This document shows positions 34,601 to 43,542 of a DNA stretch of 64,000 nucleotides, in pieces (the first letter of the stretch is position 1; the number at the start of each line of letters is the position of its first letter). The DNA comes from Candidatus Anstonellales archaeon. Its GTDB lineage: Archaea > Micrarchaeota > Micrarchaeia > Anstonellales > J096. The stretch lies in NCBI GenBank assembly GCA_038890745.1, contig JAWAFD010000002.1, positions 163,327-227,326 of the forward strand. Direction: 5' to 3'. Under the pieces are notes generated by a model that worked only from the letters and a program-made list of their open reading frames with translations, had not been told where the DNA came from and did no database searches. Both the position numbers and the translations under genes were made by a program.

Positions 34601-37600
34601 AGAGTAGTAAATTTCACTGGCTACAACTCAGCAAATTTTTTCATCATGGACTACAGCGGTTCAAACAACTTTACAAATATAACACTAAGAAACGGTGGAT
34701 GGGCAGGGATATGGATAAGAGGAGTGGATAATTCAATAGTAGATGGTTTTGATATTCAAAACATAACAGAAAGCGGCGGAGTGGTATATGGTGGTATTTA
34801 TGTTTCAAGTGGTGGCGATAATAATATAATAAGAAACGGAAAAATATACGATTTGGTTACCTATGGAATTCAAGTTAACGGAAGTTATAATAATACTATA
34901 ACAAATGTTACAATATATAACTCTACTTCAGAAAGTGGAATATTCATTTATGAGGATACCGCAGATAACAACAAAATATACAATTCAACAATTTATAGGA
35001 ATGCAGATTATGGAATATATGTAAATGGCGCAGATGACCTCCTTATATATAATACCAATATAGAAAACCATACCTCAGGATACGAGGTTTATCTTTATGC
35101 TCCAAGCAGTCTTGTTTCTGTAAGCAATATTTTAATTCAAAACAGCCGGTTTGTAAACAACAAATCCATAAATACGATGGGAATTAATGCAATATATGGC
35201 TCCAACATTACAGTTGATAACTCAACCTTTACAGGAATTTATATTGGTGCGTATTTCAACCAATCAAATACAATTACTATTAAAAATTCAACATTTTTGA
35301 GAAACGGAAAAGCAGGGATATTTTTTGATTCCACAACTAGCTCTTCTGTTTTGGATAACGATATAAACGATACCTATTGGACTTCTGATGACCCAGGAGG
35401 AATTTATCTAGGATTCTGCGATTGGAATTCAGTAAATTTTTACAAATTTGAAGGAGGAATAATTCTCTGCTACTCAAACTATACCCAAATTTCTTATAAT
35501 TATTTAAAAGGAAATGGAACATGCACAGACAATTGTATCGCTAACCACAATGGCTGCGAAGCAGGAATTTTTACTTACAACTCAAAACTAAACAATATTA
35601 CTTATAACATTTTCAGAAACTCAGGAGACAATTACGATTCTTTATATTTCTACTCTTACGATACAAACTATTGGTATAACGATCAAAACGGCACAGACCC
35701 ATTAACAGGAAACAACAATGTAAATGATGGAATAAAATTAGACAATTCAAGAGGATTTAACATTTCTCACTCTAATTTCTCAAATAATCGTGAGTGGGGA
35801 ATTTTTTTGACAAACTCTAACGATACTTACATCTACAACAATACTGCAAGTTATAATACCAATGTGGGTATTCGTTTAGCTAGCTCAGCAAACAACACAG
35901 TAATCTACAACACAGCATTTAAAAATCAACAAGGATTTAGAGTTGAACAATTAGAAGCTATTAATAATATTTTCAAAGATAATACAGCATATAGCAACTC
36001 TTACTACGGTTTCTACCTTTACTTTAGCTCCAACAACACCCTTTCCAATAACACAGCATATAGCAACTCTTACTACGGTTTCTACCTTTACTTCAGCTCC
36101 AACAACAACACCCTTTCCAATAACACAGCATATAGCAACTCTTACTACGGTTTCTGCCTTTACTTCAGCTCCAACAACAACATCCTCTCCAACAACACTG
36201 CATATAATAACAATATTTATGGAATTTATCTTTATCAGAATGCAGACAACAACACAATTGTCAATAACACAATATATAACAATTCAATTTATCAACTACT
36301 TATTAATGAAACCTATCCTTCTTATGATAACAAAATATACAACAACATCTTCAACGCTTCAGCGGGCCAAGGAGTAGTCTACGATTCAGGAACAAACTAT
36401 TGGAACACCTCCTATGACTGCACAGGAACAAACATAATAGGTGGAGACTGCATAGGAGGAAACTTCTACTCTAACTACACAGGAGCTGATGATGGTTCAG
36501 GCGCAACCTATCCTCATAATATTGCAGGGGATGGAATTGGAGACAATCCAGATGACTACTATATCTATGGAGGAAGCAACATTGACTACCTTCCATTAAC
36601 AAATCTTAGAACTGCATGCTTCTATGCTGATACCTCAAACACAGTCTATACTTTAACAAGAAACCTCTATGGAAACAAATCAGACAGAATCTGCATTACA
36701 ATAAATGCCTCAAACATTACTATAGATTGTAATGGCTACAATATTACAGGAACATACCCATACACAGGCTACACAATAGGAATAGGAAACTATGACTCAA
36801 GAAACAATGTTACAATCAAGAACTGTTACATAACCAACTACACATTTGGGATATACGCAAACTTATCAAACCAATACAACATTACAAACAACTCATTAGT
36901 AGCAAACGGAAAAGCAGGAATTTTCTTTGATTCAACCGAAAACTCCACAATCTGGGATAATGATATAAACGATACCTATTGGACTTCTGATGACCCAGGA
37001 GGAGATTACTTCCAATTCTGCAACTGGAGTGCAGGGAATTTCTCAAGATTTGAAGGAGGAATAATTCTCTGCTCCTCAAACTATACCCAAATTTCTTATA
37101 ATTATTTAAAAGGAAATGGAACATGCGGTGGTGGCGGACCTGGCTGTGGGTCTAACCACAATGGCTGCGAAGCAGGAATTTTTACTTACAACTCAAAACT
37201 CAACAATGTCACCCACAACACATTCAGAAACTCAGGAGACAATTACGATTCTTTATATTTCTACTCTTACGATACAAACTATTGGTATAACGATCAAAAT
37301 GGCACAGACCCATTAACAGGAAACAAAAATGTAAATGATGGAATAAAATTAGACCATTCAAGAGGATTTAACATTTCTCACTCTAATTTCTCAAATAACT
37401 ATGAGTGGGGAATATTCTTTACATGGTCAAATGACTCCTACATATACAACAATACTGCAAGATATTGTGTAGGCTCAGGTGGAGTTGGTATTCGTTTAGC
37501 TCGCTCAGCAAACAACACAGTAATCTACAACACAGCATTTAAAAATCAAGAGGGGTTTAGAGTTGACTACTCAGAAGCTATTAATAATATTCTTAAAGAT

Positions 37601-40600
37601 AATACAGCATATAACAACTCATGGTATGGTTTCCACCTTTCCTCCAGCTCCAACAACACCCTCTCCAACAACACTGCCTACAGCAACTCTTACTACGGTT
37701 TCCACCTTTACTTCAGCTCCAACAACACCCTCTCCAACAACACTGCATATAATAACAATATTTATGGAATTTATCTTTATCAGAATGCAGACAACAACAC
37801 AATTGTCAATAACACAATATATAACAATTCAATTTATCAACTACTTATTAATGAAACCTATCCTTCTTATGATAACAAAATATACAACAACATCTTCAAC
37901 GCTTCAGCGGGCCAAGGAGTAGTCTACGATTCAGGAACAAACTATTGGAACATTTCCTATGACTGCACAGGAACAAACATAATAGGTGGAGACTGCATAG
38001 GAGGAAACTTCTACTCTAACTACACAGGAGTGGATGATGGTTCAGGCGCAACCTATCCTCATAATATCTATGGAGATGGGATAGGAGACAATCCAGATGA
38101 CTACTATATCTATGGAGGAAGCAATGTTGACTATCTGCCATTAACGAACAACCAAACATTGTGCTTCTATGCTGATACCTCAAACACCGTATATACTTTA
38201 ACAAGAAATCTCTATGGAAACAAATCAGATGGAAACTGTATTACCATAGTTGATTGGACTACAAACATTACAATAGACTGCAATGGGTATAATATTACTG
38301 GTTGGGGTGTAGGAAAGGGCATATTCTCTGCCTATTCAAGCCACAATACTATAAAGAACTGCAACATAAGAAACTATACCTATGCGATGGACTTAAGGGT
38401 AGGACAAAACATTTCAGTTTTCAACAATAACATTACAAACAATACAAATGGAATTGCATTGATTGTAGACATAAAACATTCAAGGCTTTACAATAACTAT
38501 TTCTATGATAACACTGGAAGCAGTTTTTACATGGTATATGGTTGCGATAATGTAAGTTTTTACAACAATACGATTGAAAAAAGTGGTGGTTGGGCTATTT
38601 CTCTCAGGGATACTACTACAAATTCAAGAATAGAAAACAACACTATTTTTAATGGAGATAATGTTGGTATTGGTCTTTATCCCAGCGACACTCTAAACAA
38701 TACAATAAAAGGAAATAGCATATATAACCAAGGTTCATATGGTATATATCTTAGTTCTGGCACTAACAATAACACAATTTCAGATAATATTGTTTATAAC
38801 ACTACAAACTACCAAATTGCTATATCTTCTTCTAGCGACAACCTTATCTACAACAACATCTTCAACGCTTCAGCGGGCCAAGGAGTAGTCTACGATTCAG
38901 GAACAAACTATTGGAACATTTCCTATGACTGCACAGGAACAAACATAATAGGTGGAGACTGCATAGGAGGAAACTTCTACTCTAACTACACAGGAGTGGA
39001 TGATGGTTCAGGCGCAACCTATCCTCATAATATCTATGGAGATGGGATAGGAGACAATCCACCAAACTATTCTATATACGGAGGAAGTAACTGGGATTAT
39101 TTACCACTTACCAATAACATAACTTATGCAAGATGCTTTTATGCAAACATTTCAAACACTGTTTATACGCTATCAGGAAATCTCTATGGAAACAAATCAG
39201 ACAGAATCTGCATTACAATAAATGCTTCAAACATTACAATAGATTGCAATGGATATAATATTACTGGCAACCACTCGCTTACTGAAAACACTATAGGAAT
39301 AGGAAGCTATGTTGGATGGGAAAATGTTACGATACAAGGCTGTCATGTGAGTAATTATACATACGGCGTATATGCGTATTCGTTTAATAACACGCTAATT
39401 GATGAACTGAATTCTATCAGAAATCATTTTGGAATTTACCTCAATCAAACAACGAACTCAAACATTACAAACAGCAAGATAGAAGTTTATAATGAAACCG
39501 CATGGAGTAGAGGAATCTATCTAGTAAATTCAAGCGGAATAAGAATTTCATCTTCTCATATAAACCGAACAGGTTTAACCTCTGCGCCATGGGCGATTGG
39601 AATTATGCCGTGCGCTACAAACGATACTATAATTGAAAGTTCAAACTTTACAGATAGACTAACAAGGTCTATATTTGTAAGCATATGCAGAGAAGTCGAC
39701 GGGACAGAATTCCAAGCACCGACCTATAATCTTACAATAAAAGATAATCATTTCTGGAATACAGAAACTGTTATAGCCCTATGGGTTAATTATAACACTT
39801 CAATAATCAATAACACAATTGAGTATTACAGAGGATATGGAATTGTTTCTGGGTATTTAGGTCTGCCAGGTGAATATTGGGATTTGCTCATAGAGAATAA
39901 TACAATAAGGAACGCTACTAATTGTCTAGATGACCCATCCTACTCAGGCCATATGACCGGGATATACATAGATACAAACAGCGGAGGATGGACGGTTAGG
40001 GGAAACAGAATAGAGTACATGCCTACATTGGGAATAGATTTGGATGGAGTTGGAGGGTATTCTTATGATATGCTTTTTGAAAATAATGTGTTCAATCATA
40101 CTGGAGAGAATGATTATGGAGCGGGATGTAATCCAACTCCAAATATGGGTGGCGTTTATTTTGGAGGGATTGAAAATTCAACAGTGCAGAACAATATTGT
40201 TGAGAATTTTGGTTCATCGATTGGAATAAATTTTTGGTGGAGGGAAAACCAAAATGTTTTGGTTCAGAATAATACTGTTTTCAATGGGAATGCAACGGGA
40301 ATTGGAGGGTCTGGAACTCAGAATAACATAACAGTTCGGAATAATACTGTTAGTTTTGCCCGAGCAGGTATTGGATTCAGTTCTACAAGCAATTCAGCTT
40401 TTTATAATAACACAGTACACGATAATACTAAAGAAGGTATCGCTATTTCAAACGGGTATAATAATACATTGCAGGACAATCTTGCCTATGCGAATATGTA
40501 CGGCATTTCGTTGAACAATGTTGTTAACCATACTTTGTTGAATAACAATATGACCAACAACCGATATAACTTCTATATAGAAGGTTCCAGTGTTCCACAC

Positions 40601-43504
40601 TTTGTGCATAATATAACTACAGACAATATAGTTAGAGATACGGTTCTTGATTCTTCTGACAAATATATATATTATTATGTCAGGAATGTGACTGGGGACG
40701 GTTTGTATGATACTACAGAGCCAATACCTACAAATGTTGGTTTTATTGGAGTTGTTAACTCATCAGATTTCTTAGTTGAAAATGTTTCCCTGCACAATAA
40801 CTCCCATGGGTTGTTATCTGTTCTTGCTAACAATGTAACTGCAAATAATGCTACATTTTACTATGAATACATAGGAGCATATCTGCTTTATTCAAGTAAC
40901 CATAATATAACGAACTTAAATTCTTCTTCTAATGGTGCAGGTGGATTTAGATTATACTATTCGGATAAAAATAATATAACGGATTCAGAGATAAAAAATA
41001 ATGGCTTGTTTGGCGTTGATTTAAGATACACAAACAATACAATAGTCGAAAACAATCAGATTCACAATAATTCGTACTACGGTTTTAGAGGTTATGCTTC
41101 TTCCTATAGTAATAAAATTATTAACAATACGATAGGGTCGTTCCATAATATCAGCATTTATCTAAACAATGCGCCCTATACACTTATAGAGAACAATACA
41201 ATTTATGAAAGTAACATTGATGGAATACATCTATTCATGAACTCTAATTGCAACATAATCAACAATTCCATTACTTCAAACACACAATATGGTGTTAGCA
41301 TCCATTACCAGTCTTCTAATAATACAATACTCTACAATACTATAACAAATAATGGCTACTCAGGACTCTACATCTTGATATCTGTAAACAACACTATTGC
41401 AGGTAATACTATTTCTGACAACACCCAAAATGGAATATATTTATTTGGGTATGCCAATGAAAACAATATAACAAACAATACTATCTCGGACAACTTTTTC
41501 AATGGAATAAGGATAGAAGCTGGGTGTAGCAACAACCTCATCTACAACAACATCCTCAACAATACCTATAATACATATGACGATGGCACTAACTATTGGA
41601 ACTATTCCTACTGCCCAGGCGGGCCTAACATAATCGGTGGACAATGCATAGGTGGAAACTACTATTCTGATTATGATGGGATAGATGATGGAAGCGGCTC
41701 CCCACCCATTCATAATATTGCAGGAGATGGAATAGGAGATAATCCGGACCAGTATGCGATAGGTGGAGGAAGCAACATTGATTACATGCCTTTGACAAAT
41801 AACCAACTAGGAATGAATTGCATGTATATAAATTCAAACACAAGCCTTCTTGCGAACTTGGTTGGAAACAAATCAGATAGGGCGTGCATTACGTTTAATG
41901 CTTCAAATATCTACTTAAACTGCTCCGGTTATAATATCACAGGAAATGTCTATGATCCTGAAAACAAAACATACGCAATAATGACAAACGGATTTGAAAA
42001 CATAAGCATAATAAACTGCCCAAACCTAACCAACTATTCTTTTGGAATATATGTTAATGGTACAAAAAATGCAACGATAAATAATGTAACCTCTTACAAA
42101 AATACCGATAGCGGGATAGGAATAGTAGACAACAGCAGCCAGATAGAAATATCAAATACAACCCTTCCTTTCAACACGGAAAATGGAATATTCATAAACT
42201 CCTCTTCCCAAGTGAACGTTTACTCAACAGAGATATACAACAATCCCTACTCAACCCTATTCAATGTAGGGATATACTCTCTAAACTCTTCCAGAATTTT
42301 AATCTCAAATGCTTCAATATACAACCATAGCACCTATGGAATTTTGGCTTACGACACGTCACATATCAGCATTTCTGACTCCTACTCGATATTCAACCAA
42401 ATTGCAGGAATGTATCTTAATGCAGGGAATAACCTTACGATGCAAAACAGCAACTTCTCAAACAATACAATATACGGTATAAGACTTAATGCTTTCGAAA
42501 ACATTACAGGAAACAATATCACAATACACGGAACCAGAGGGGATGAGGCATTTTTAGCAGACTATTCCTACAATGCAACCATCTCAAACTCTTCAATAAG
42601 CTTTAACTATCTTAACGCTATACGATTATTCACTTCTGCAAATTTCACATTCAATAATATCACAGCAAACAATAATACAAGAGGGATCTACATAAACGAC
42701 TATACAAACGGAACAAGAATACTTAACTCTAACATAAGCTTCAACAGTGATAAAGGAGTGTTTTTCACACAAACAACAGATAATAATAGAATGGAAAACA
42801 GCTATATTTGCTTCAATACCCAAAAGGATATAGATAATCAGGACGGAACAGATAACAACGGCTCATTGAACACATGCGACACATACTATCAGTGGAAGGA
42901 TGATGAACTGCCAGATGGATGCGCCATGACATGCACTTCTATATGGCATTATTTCTATGGAAATATTACTGGTTTGATTTTGCTTGGAACAAACTGGACA
43001 GAGCCAAAATTCATGTCCAACTGGACTCCTGCAATAGTGCACATGTATGTATTCCCAGAAGGAAATACAATAAGCTGGTTGGAACTTCAGGCATTAGGAA
43101 GAAAGGCAGATAATACAACAGCAAGCAATGATTTTGAAGAGGCGGACATAGCTTTGGGAATAGACCCTGCATTAGTGGATAGCATAAACAAAACATTCAG
43201 CATAGATGGAACACTTCCAATAGAGAACACGACATATAGGGTATGGGGTAGGGATATTGCAAACATTTCCATCGCAAACTCAACGGATAACAAGAATTTC
43301 AAGACAGGTATTTTGTGGGACACGAGCGATGGGGGAACAGAATTTACTTCTGCAGAGCATCAGGATTTGGTGTTTATGACAAATATTACATGGGACGGAG
43401 AAGGAAAATGGGGAACATATGATTATGAAATAAGAGTGCCTTCCCAGTTTGCCACCTATAATGGAGGAGCAGGTAGGGTTATAATTTATCTAGAGGTTCA
43501 ATAA
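31631..43504 (+). CDS. giant (3957 aa) secreted multi-module beta-helix surface protein ending in the WAGFYGN-type module
   Basis: A single uninterrupted ORF. It has an N-terminal hydrophobic segment (KKTAVALLVAIALVFALT), an NITEN low-complexity region, and four ~150-aa modules that each end in a C-x6-C..WE motif. Successive PbH1-type beta-helix blocks are then separated by four cap motifs: GGNFYSNYTG.DDGSGATYPHNI.GDGIGDNP...DYLPLTN in three copies, and a divergent fourth copy GGNYYSDYDGIDDGSGSPPIHNIAGDGIGDNP. The C-terminus reads ..IWHYFYGNITGLILLG...DLVFMTNI...YDYEIRVP...RVIIYLEVQ. The start is either GTG 31631 (1-nt overlap with the upstream stop) or ATG 31640. Confidence 0.85.
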   Translation: MVEMNKKTAVALLVAIALVFALTSEYSISIDRSEYYVGEAVNITVTMPLKVYAVKLYITLPSNETEETPAIRCRTGLCLYQYFPDQPGHYIVGLFDRNISVEFDVLRNENETAPPLINITPTLPRLSYYDERTNLTFFYYLIPTEEGYGDLIIENITPHLPALVLNNFSLNSSLFIHAYELNISENQTILKIKNYSQNISENISTEATNITENLTENITENTSEEIALEITETKNTTEENFSEIINENNTGLNETENITENLTEIESETEIRNLYNVIFVNLSGTNFSYAEYYILLEYDTLLSCVNFTNETCALWEKANSTQDGIFAILNSTSDFLVAGQLNISYPLDISENISLNVSEENISEINITPLEDEVYKQLEIVFIDMGFDYYEDFWTYDSVEEEVQELLIQNAFFVVYDEKGEGRIPEYIISMVDEKHANVGIFKPIQSVPVITFYSLYLDKELKMSAYDINDSAFVLDTYYLFYPYGIVYAEKKGEYLYSCEDFSYDYTCRTGFKELNYTLQKGKAVFNITKEQKLFLWTEKPLTIPGGEQNATELLPSININISDTRGKQKNYTYEILEYTGRYASVTFYFSPEERIHSITLYNLSLSGEPFILLDEFSNSILLVDLSNSDFDYSVVIAKDYGGDLYKCKEFDKNYSCSGGWEKWPYFASGGYIVFKLLPEDPLFIQTINLSTVTTLNIIDPFGNPVNGSYEILDNSTGLDVQINFNSGQVLQLTIYDIPDDGYSHTIVVGDTFVNDSENNMTNTFVIDLSNISYNYSNVVARNSGGDLYKCSTFSSNFSCLSSWELYPYTNNGVNRSFNLTEGDPMFGYEKEGNISIFDITSCTAITTSGYHTLDNNLVGNTSNSIGGYYYCIAIRVSNVELNCQNYEIRGNSAGSTVGIIIYDPPLAINPLTNVTVRNCNVLNYSRNLMIDSALTTDHSQITIRDSRFNLSSGNSIRVEDCDDSNFTNLVVDRTSDGGILFLTDSTNNRVVNFTGYNSANFFIMDYSGSNNFTNITLRNGGWAGIWIRGVDNSIVDGFDIQNITESGGVVYGGIYVSSGGDNNIIRNGKIYDLVTYGIQVNGSYNNTITNVTIYNSTSESGIFIYEDTADNNKIYNSTIYRNADYGIYVNGADDLLIYNTNIENHTSGYEVYLYAPSSLVSVSNILIQNSRFVNNKSINTMGINAIYGSNITVDNSTFTGIYIGAYFNQSNTITIKNSTFLRNGKAGIFFDSTTSSSVLDNDINDTYWTSDDPGGIYLGFCDWNSVNFYKFEGGIILCYSNYTQISYNYLKGNGTCTDNCIANHNGCEAGIFTYNSKLNNITYNIFRNSGDNYDSLYFYSYDTNYWYNDQNGTDPLTGNNNVNDGIKLDNSRGFNISHSNFSNNREWGIFLTNSNDTYIYNNTASYNTNVGIRLASSANNTVIYNTAFKNQQGFRVEQLEAINNIFKDNTAYSNSYYGFYLYFSSNNTLSNNTAYSNSYYGFYLYFSSNNNTLSNNTAYSNSYYGFCLYFSSNNNILSNNTAYNNNIYGIYLYQNADNNTIVNNTIYNNSIYQLLINETYPSYDNKIYNNIFNASAGQGVVYDSGTNYWNTSYDCTGTNIIGGDCIGGNFYSNYTGADDGSGATYPHNIAGDGIGDNPDDYYIYGGSNIDYLPLTNLRTACFYADTSNTVYTLTRNLYGNKSDRICITINASNITIDCNGYNITGTYPYTGYTIGIGNYDSRNNVTIKNCYITNYTFGIYANLSNQYNITNNSLVANGKAGIFFDSTENSTIWDNDINDTYWTSDDPGGDYFQFCNWSAGNFSRFEGGIILCSSNYTQISYNYLKGNGTCGGGGPGCGSNHNGCEAGIFTYNSKLNNVTHNTFRNSGDNYDSLYFYSYDTNYWYNDQNGTDPLTGNKNVNDGIKLDHSRGFNISHSNFSNNYEWGIFFTWSNDSYIYNNTARYCVGSGGVGIRLARSANNTVIYNTAFKNQEGFRVDYSEAINNILKDNTAYNNSWYGFHLSSSSNNTLSNNTAYSNSYYGFHLYFSSNNTLSNNTAYNNNIYGIYLYQNADNNTIVNNTIYNNSIYQLLINETYPSYDNKIYNNIFNASAGQGVVYDSGTNYWNISYDCTGTNIIGGDCIGGNFYSNYTGVDDGSGATYPHNIYGDGIGDNPDDYYIYGGSNVDYLPLTNNQTLCFYADTSNTVYTLTRNLYGNKSDGNCITIVDWTTNITIDCNGYNITGWGVGKGIFSAYSSHNTIKNCNIRNYTYAMDLRVGQNISVFNNNITNNTNGIALIVDIKHSRLYNNYFYDNTGSSFYMVYGCDNVSFYNNTIEKSGGWAISLRDTTTNSRIENNTIFNGDNVGIGLYPSDTLNNTIKGNSIYNQGSYGIYLSSGTNNNTISDNIVYNTTNYQIAISSSSDNLIYNNIFNASAGQGVVYDSGTNYWNISYDCTGTNIIGGDCIGGNFYSNYTGVDDGSGATYPHNIYGDGIGDNPPNYSIYGGSNWDYLPLTNNITYARCFYANISNTVYTLSGNLYGNKSDRICITINASNITIDCNGYNITGNHSLTENTIGIGSYVGWENVTIQGCHVSNYTYGVYAYSFNNTLIDELNSIRNHFGIYLNQTTNSNITNSKIEVYNETAWSRGIYLVNSSGIRISSSHINRTGLTSAPWAIGIMPCATNDTIIESSNFTDRLTRSIFVSICREVDGTEFQAPTYNLTIKDNHFWNTETVIALWVNYNTSIINNTIEYYRGYGIVSGYLGLPGEYWDLLIENNTIRNATNCLDDPSYSGHMTGIYIDTNSGGWTVRGNRIEYMPTLGIDLDGVGGYSYDMLFENNVFNHTGENDYGAGCNPTPNMGGVYFGGIENSTVQNNIVENFGSSIGINFWWRENQNVLVQNNTVFNGNATGIGGSGTQNNITVRNNTVSFARAGIGFSSTSNSAFYNNTVHDNTKEGIAISNGYNNTLQDNLAYANMYGISLNNVVNHTLLNNNMTNNRYNFYIEGSSVPHFVHNITTDNIVRDTVLDSSDKYIYYYVRNVTGDGLYDTTEPIPTNVGFIGVVNSSDFLVENVSLHNNSHGLLSVLANNVTANNATFYYEYIGAYLLYSSNHNITNLNSSSNGAGGFRLYYSDKNNITDSEIKNNGLFGVDLRYTNNTIVENNQIHNNSYYGFRGYASSYSNKIINNTIGSFHNISIYLNNAPYTLIENNTIYESNIDGIHLFMNSNCNIINNSITSNTQYGVSIHYQSSNNTILYNTITNNGYSGLYILISVNNTIAGNTISDNTQNGIYLFGYANENNITNNTISDNFFNGIRIEAGCSNNLIYNNILNNTYNTYDDGTNYWNYSYCPGGPNIIGGQCIGGNYYSDYDGIDDGSGSPPIHNIAGDGIGDNPDQYAIGGGSNIDYMPLTNNQLGMNCMYINSNTSLLANLVGNKSDRACITFNASNIYLNCSGYNITGNVYDPENKTYAIMTNGFENISIINCPNLTNYSFGIYVNGTKNATINNVTSYKNTDSGIGIVDNSSQIEISNTTLPFNTENGIFINSSSQVNVYSTEIYNNPYSTLFNVGIYSLNSSRILISNASIYNHSTYGILAYDTSHISISDSYSIFNQIAGMYLNAGNNLTMQNSNFSNNTIYGIRLNAFENITGNNITIHGTRGDEAFLADYSYNATISNSSISFNYLNAIRLFTSANFTFNNITANNNTRGIYINDYTNGTRILNSNISFNSDKGVFFTQTTDNNRMENSYICFNTQKDIDNQDGTDNNGSLNTCDTYYQWKDDELPDGCAMTCTSIWHYFYGNITGLILLGTNWTEPKFMSNWTPAIVHMYVFPEGNTISWLELQALGRKADNTTASNDFEEADIALGIDPALVDSINKTFSIDGTLPIENTTYRVWGRDIANISIANSTDNKNFKTGILWDTSDGGTEFTSAEHQDLVFMTNITWDGEGKWGTYDYEIRVPSQFATYNGGAGRVIIYLEVQ
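32170..32445 (+). repeat. low-complexity N-I-T-E-N/S coding region (dense N-X-S/T sequons)
   Basis: NISENQTILKIKNYSQNISENISTEATNITENLTENITENTSEEIALEITETKNTTEENFSEIINENNTGLNETENITENLTEIESETE. Confidence 0.8.
35303..36904 (+). repeat. segmental duplication within the giant gene, copy A (period 1602 bp)
   Basis: AACGGAAAAGCAGG at 35303 recurs at 36905. Long runs of identical DNA (e.g. ..GATATAAACGATACCTATTGGACTTCTGATGACCCAGGAGGA.., ..TATACCCAAATTTCTTATAATTATTTAAAAGGAAATGGAACATGC..) alternate with divergent patches. Confidence 0.85.
35981..36200 (+). repeat. three near-identical 69/72-bp tandem units encoding beta-helix rungs (NTAYSNSYYGF(Y/C)LYFSSNN(N)(T/I)LSN)
   Basis: ACAGCATATAGCAACTCTTACTACGGTTTCT recurs at ~35984, 36053 and 36125. 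A related set lies in copy B (~37600-37740). Confidence 0.8.
36905..38300 (+). repeat. segmental duplication, copy B (diverges from copy A after ..IDCNGYNITG)
   Basis: See copy A. The cap-motif DNA AACAACATCTTCAACGCTTCAGCGGGCCAAGGAGTAGTCTACGATTCAGGAACAAACTATTGGAAC occurs at 36341, 37886 and 38852. Confidence 0.8.
38845..39290 (+). repeat. partial third copy of the cap/junction segment
   Basis: Near-identical DNA runs from NLIYNNIFNASAGQGVVYDSGTNYWNISYDCTGTNIIGGDCIGGNFYSNYTGVDDGSGATYPHNIYGDGIGDNP to ..ITIDCNGYNITGN. Confidence 0.8.
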
Positions 43505-43542
43505 ACGAAACCTTTATTATTCTTATCTCGGAATTCTTAACG

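Noticed and set aside
35337-37124. Paired minus-strand ORFs beginning MFHFLLNNYKKFGYSL (35337-35522, 36882-37124)
   Set aside because: This is an artefact of the 1602-bp duplication inside the giant plus-strand gene and is not independent coding.
35303-39290. Diversity-generating retroelement (TR/VR) explanation for the near-identical repeats in the giant gene
   Set aside because: No reverse transcriptase or accessory gene is in the window. Differences between copies are not confined to adenine positions, and they include indels and multi-base patches.
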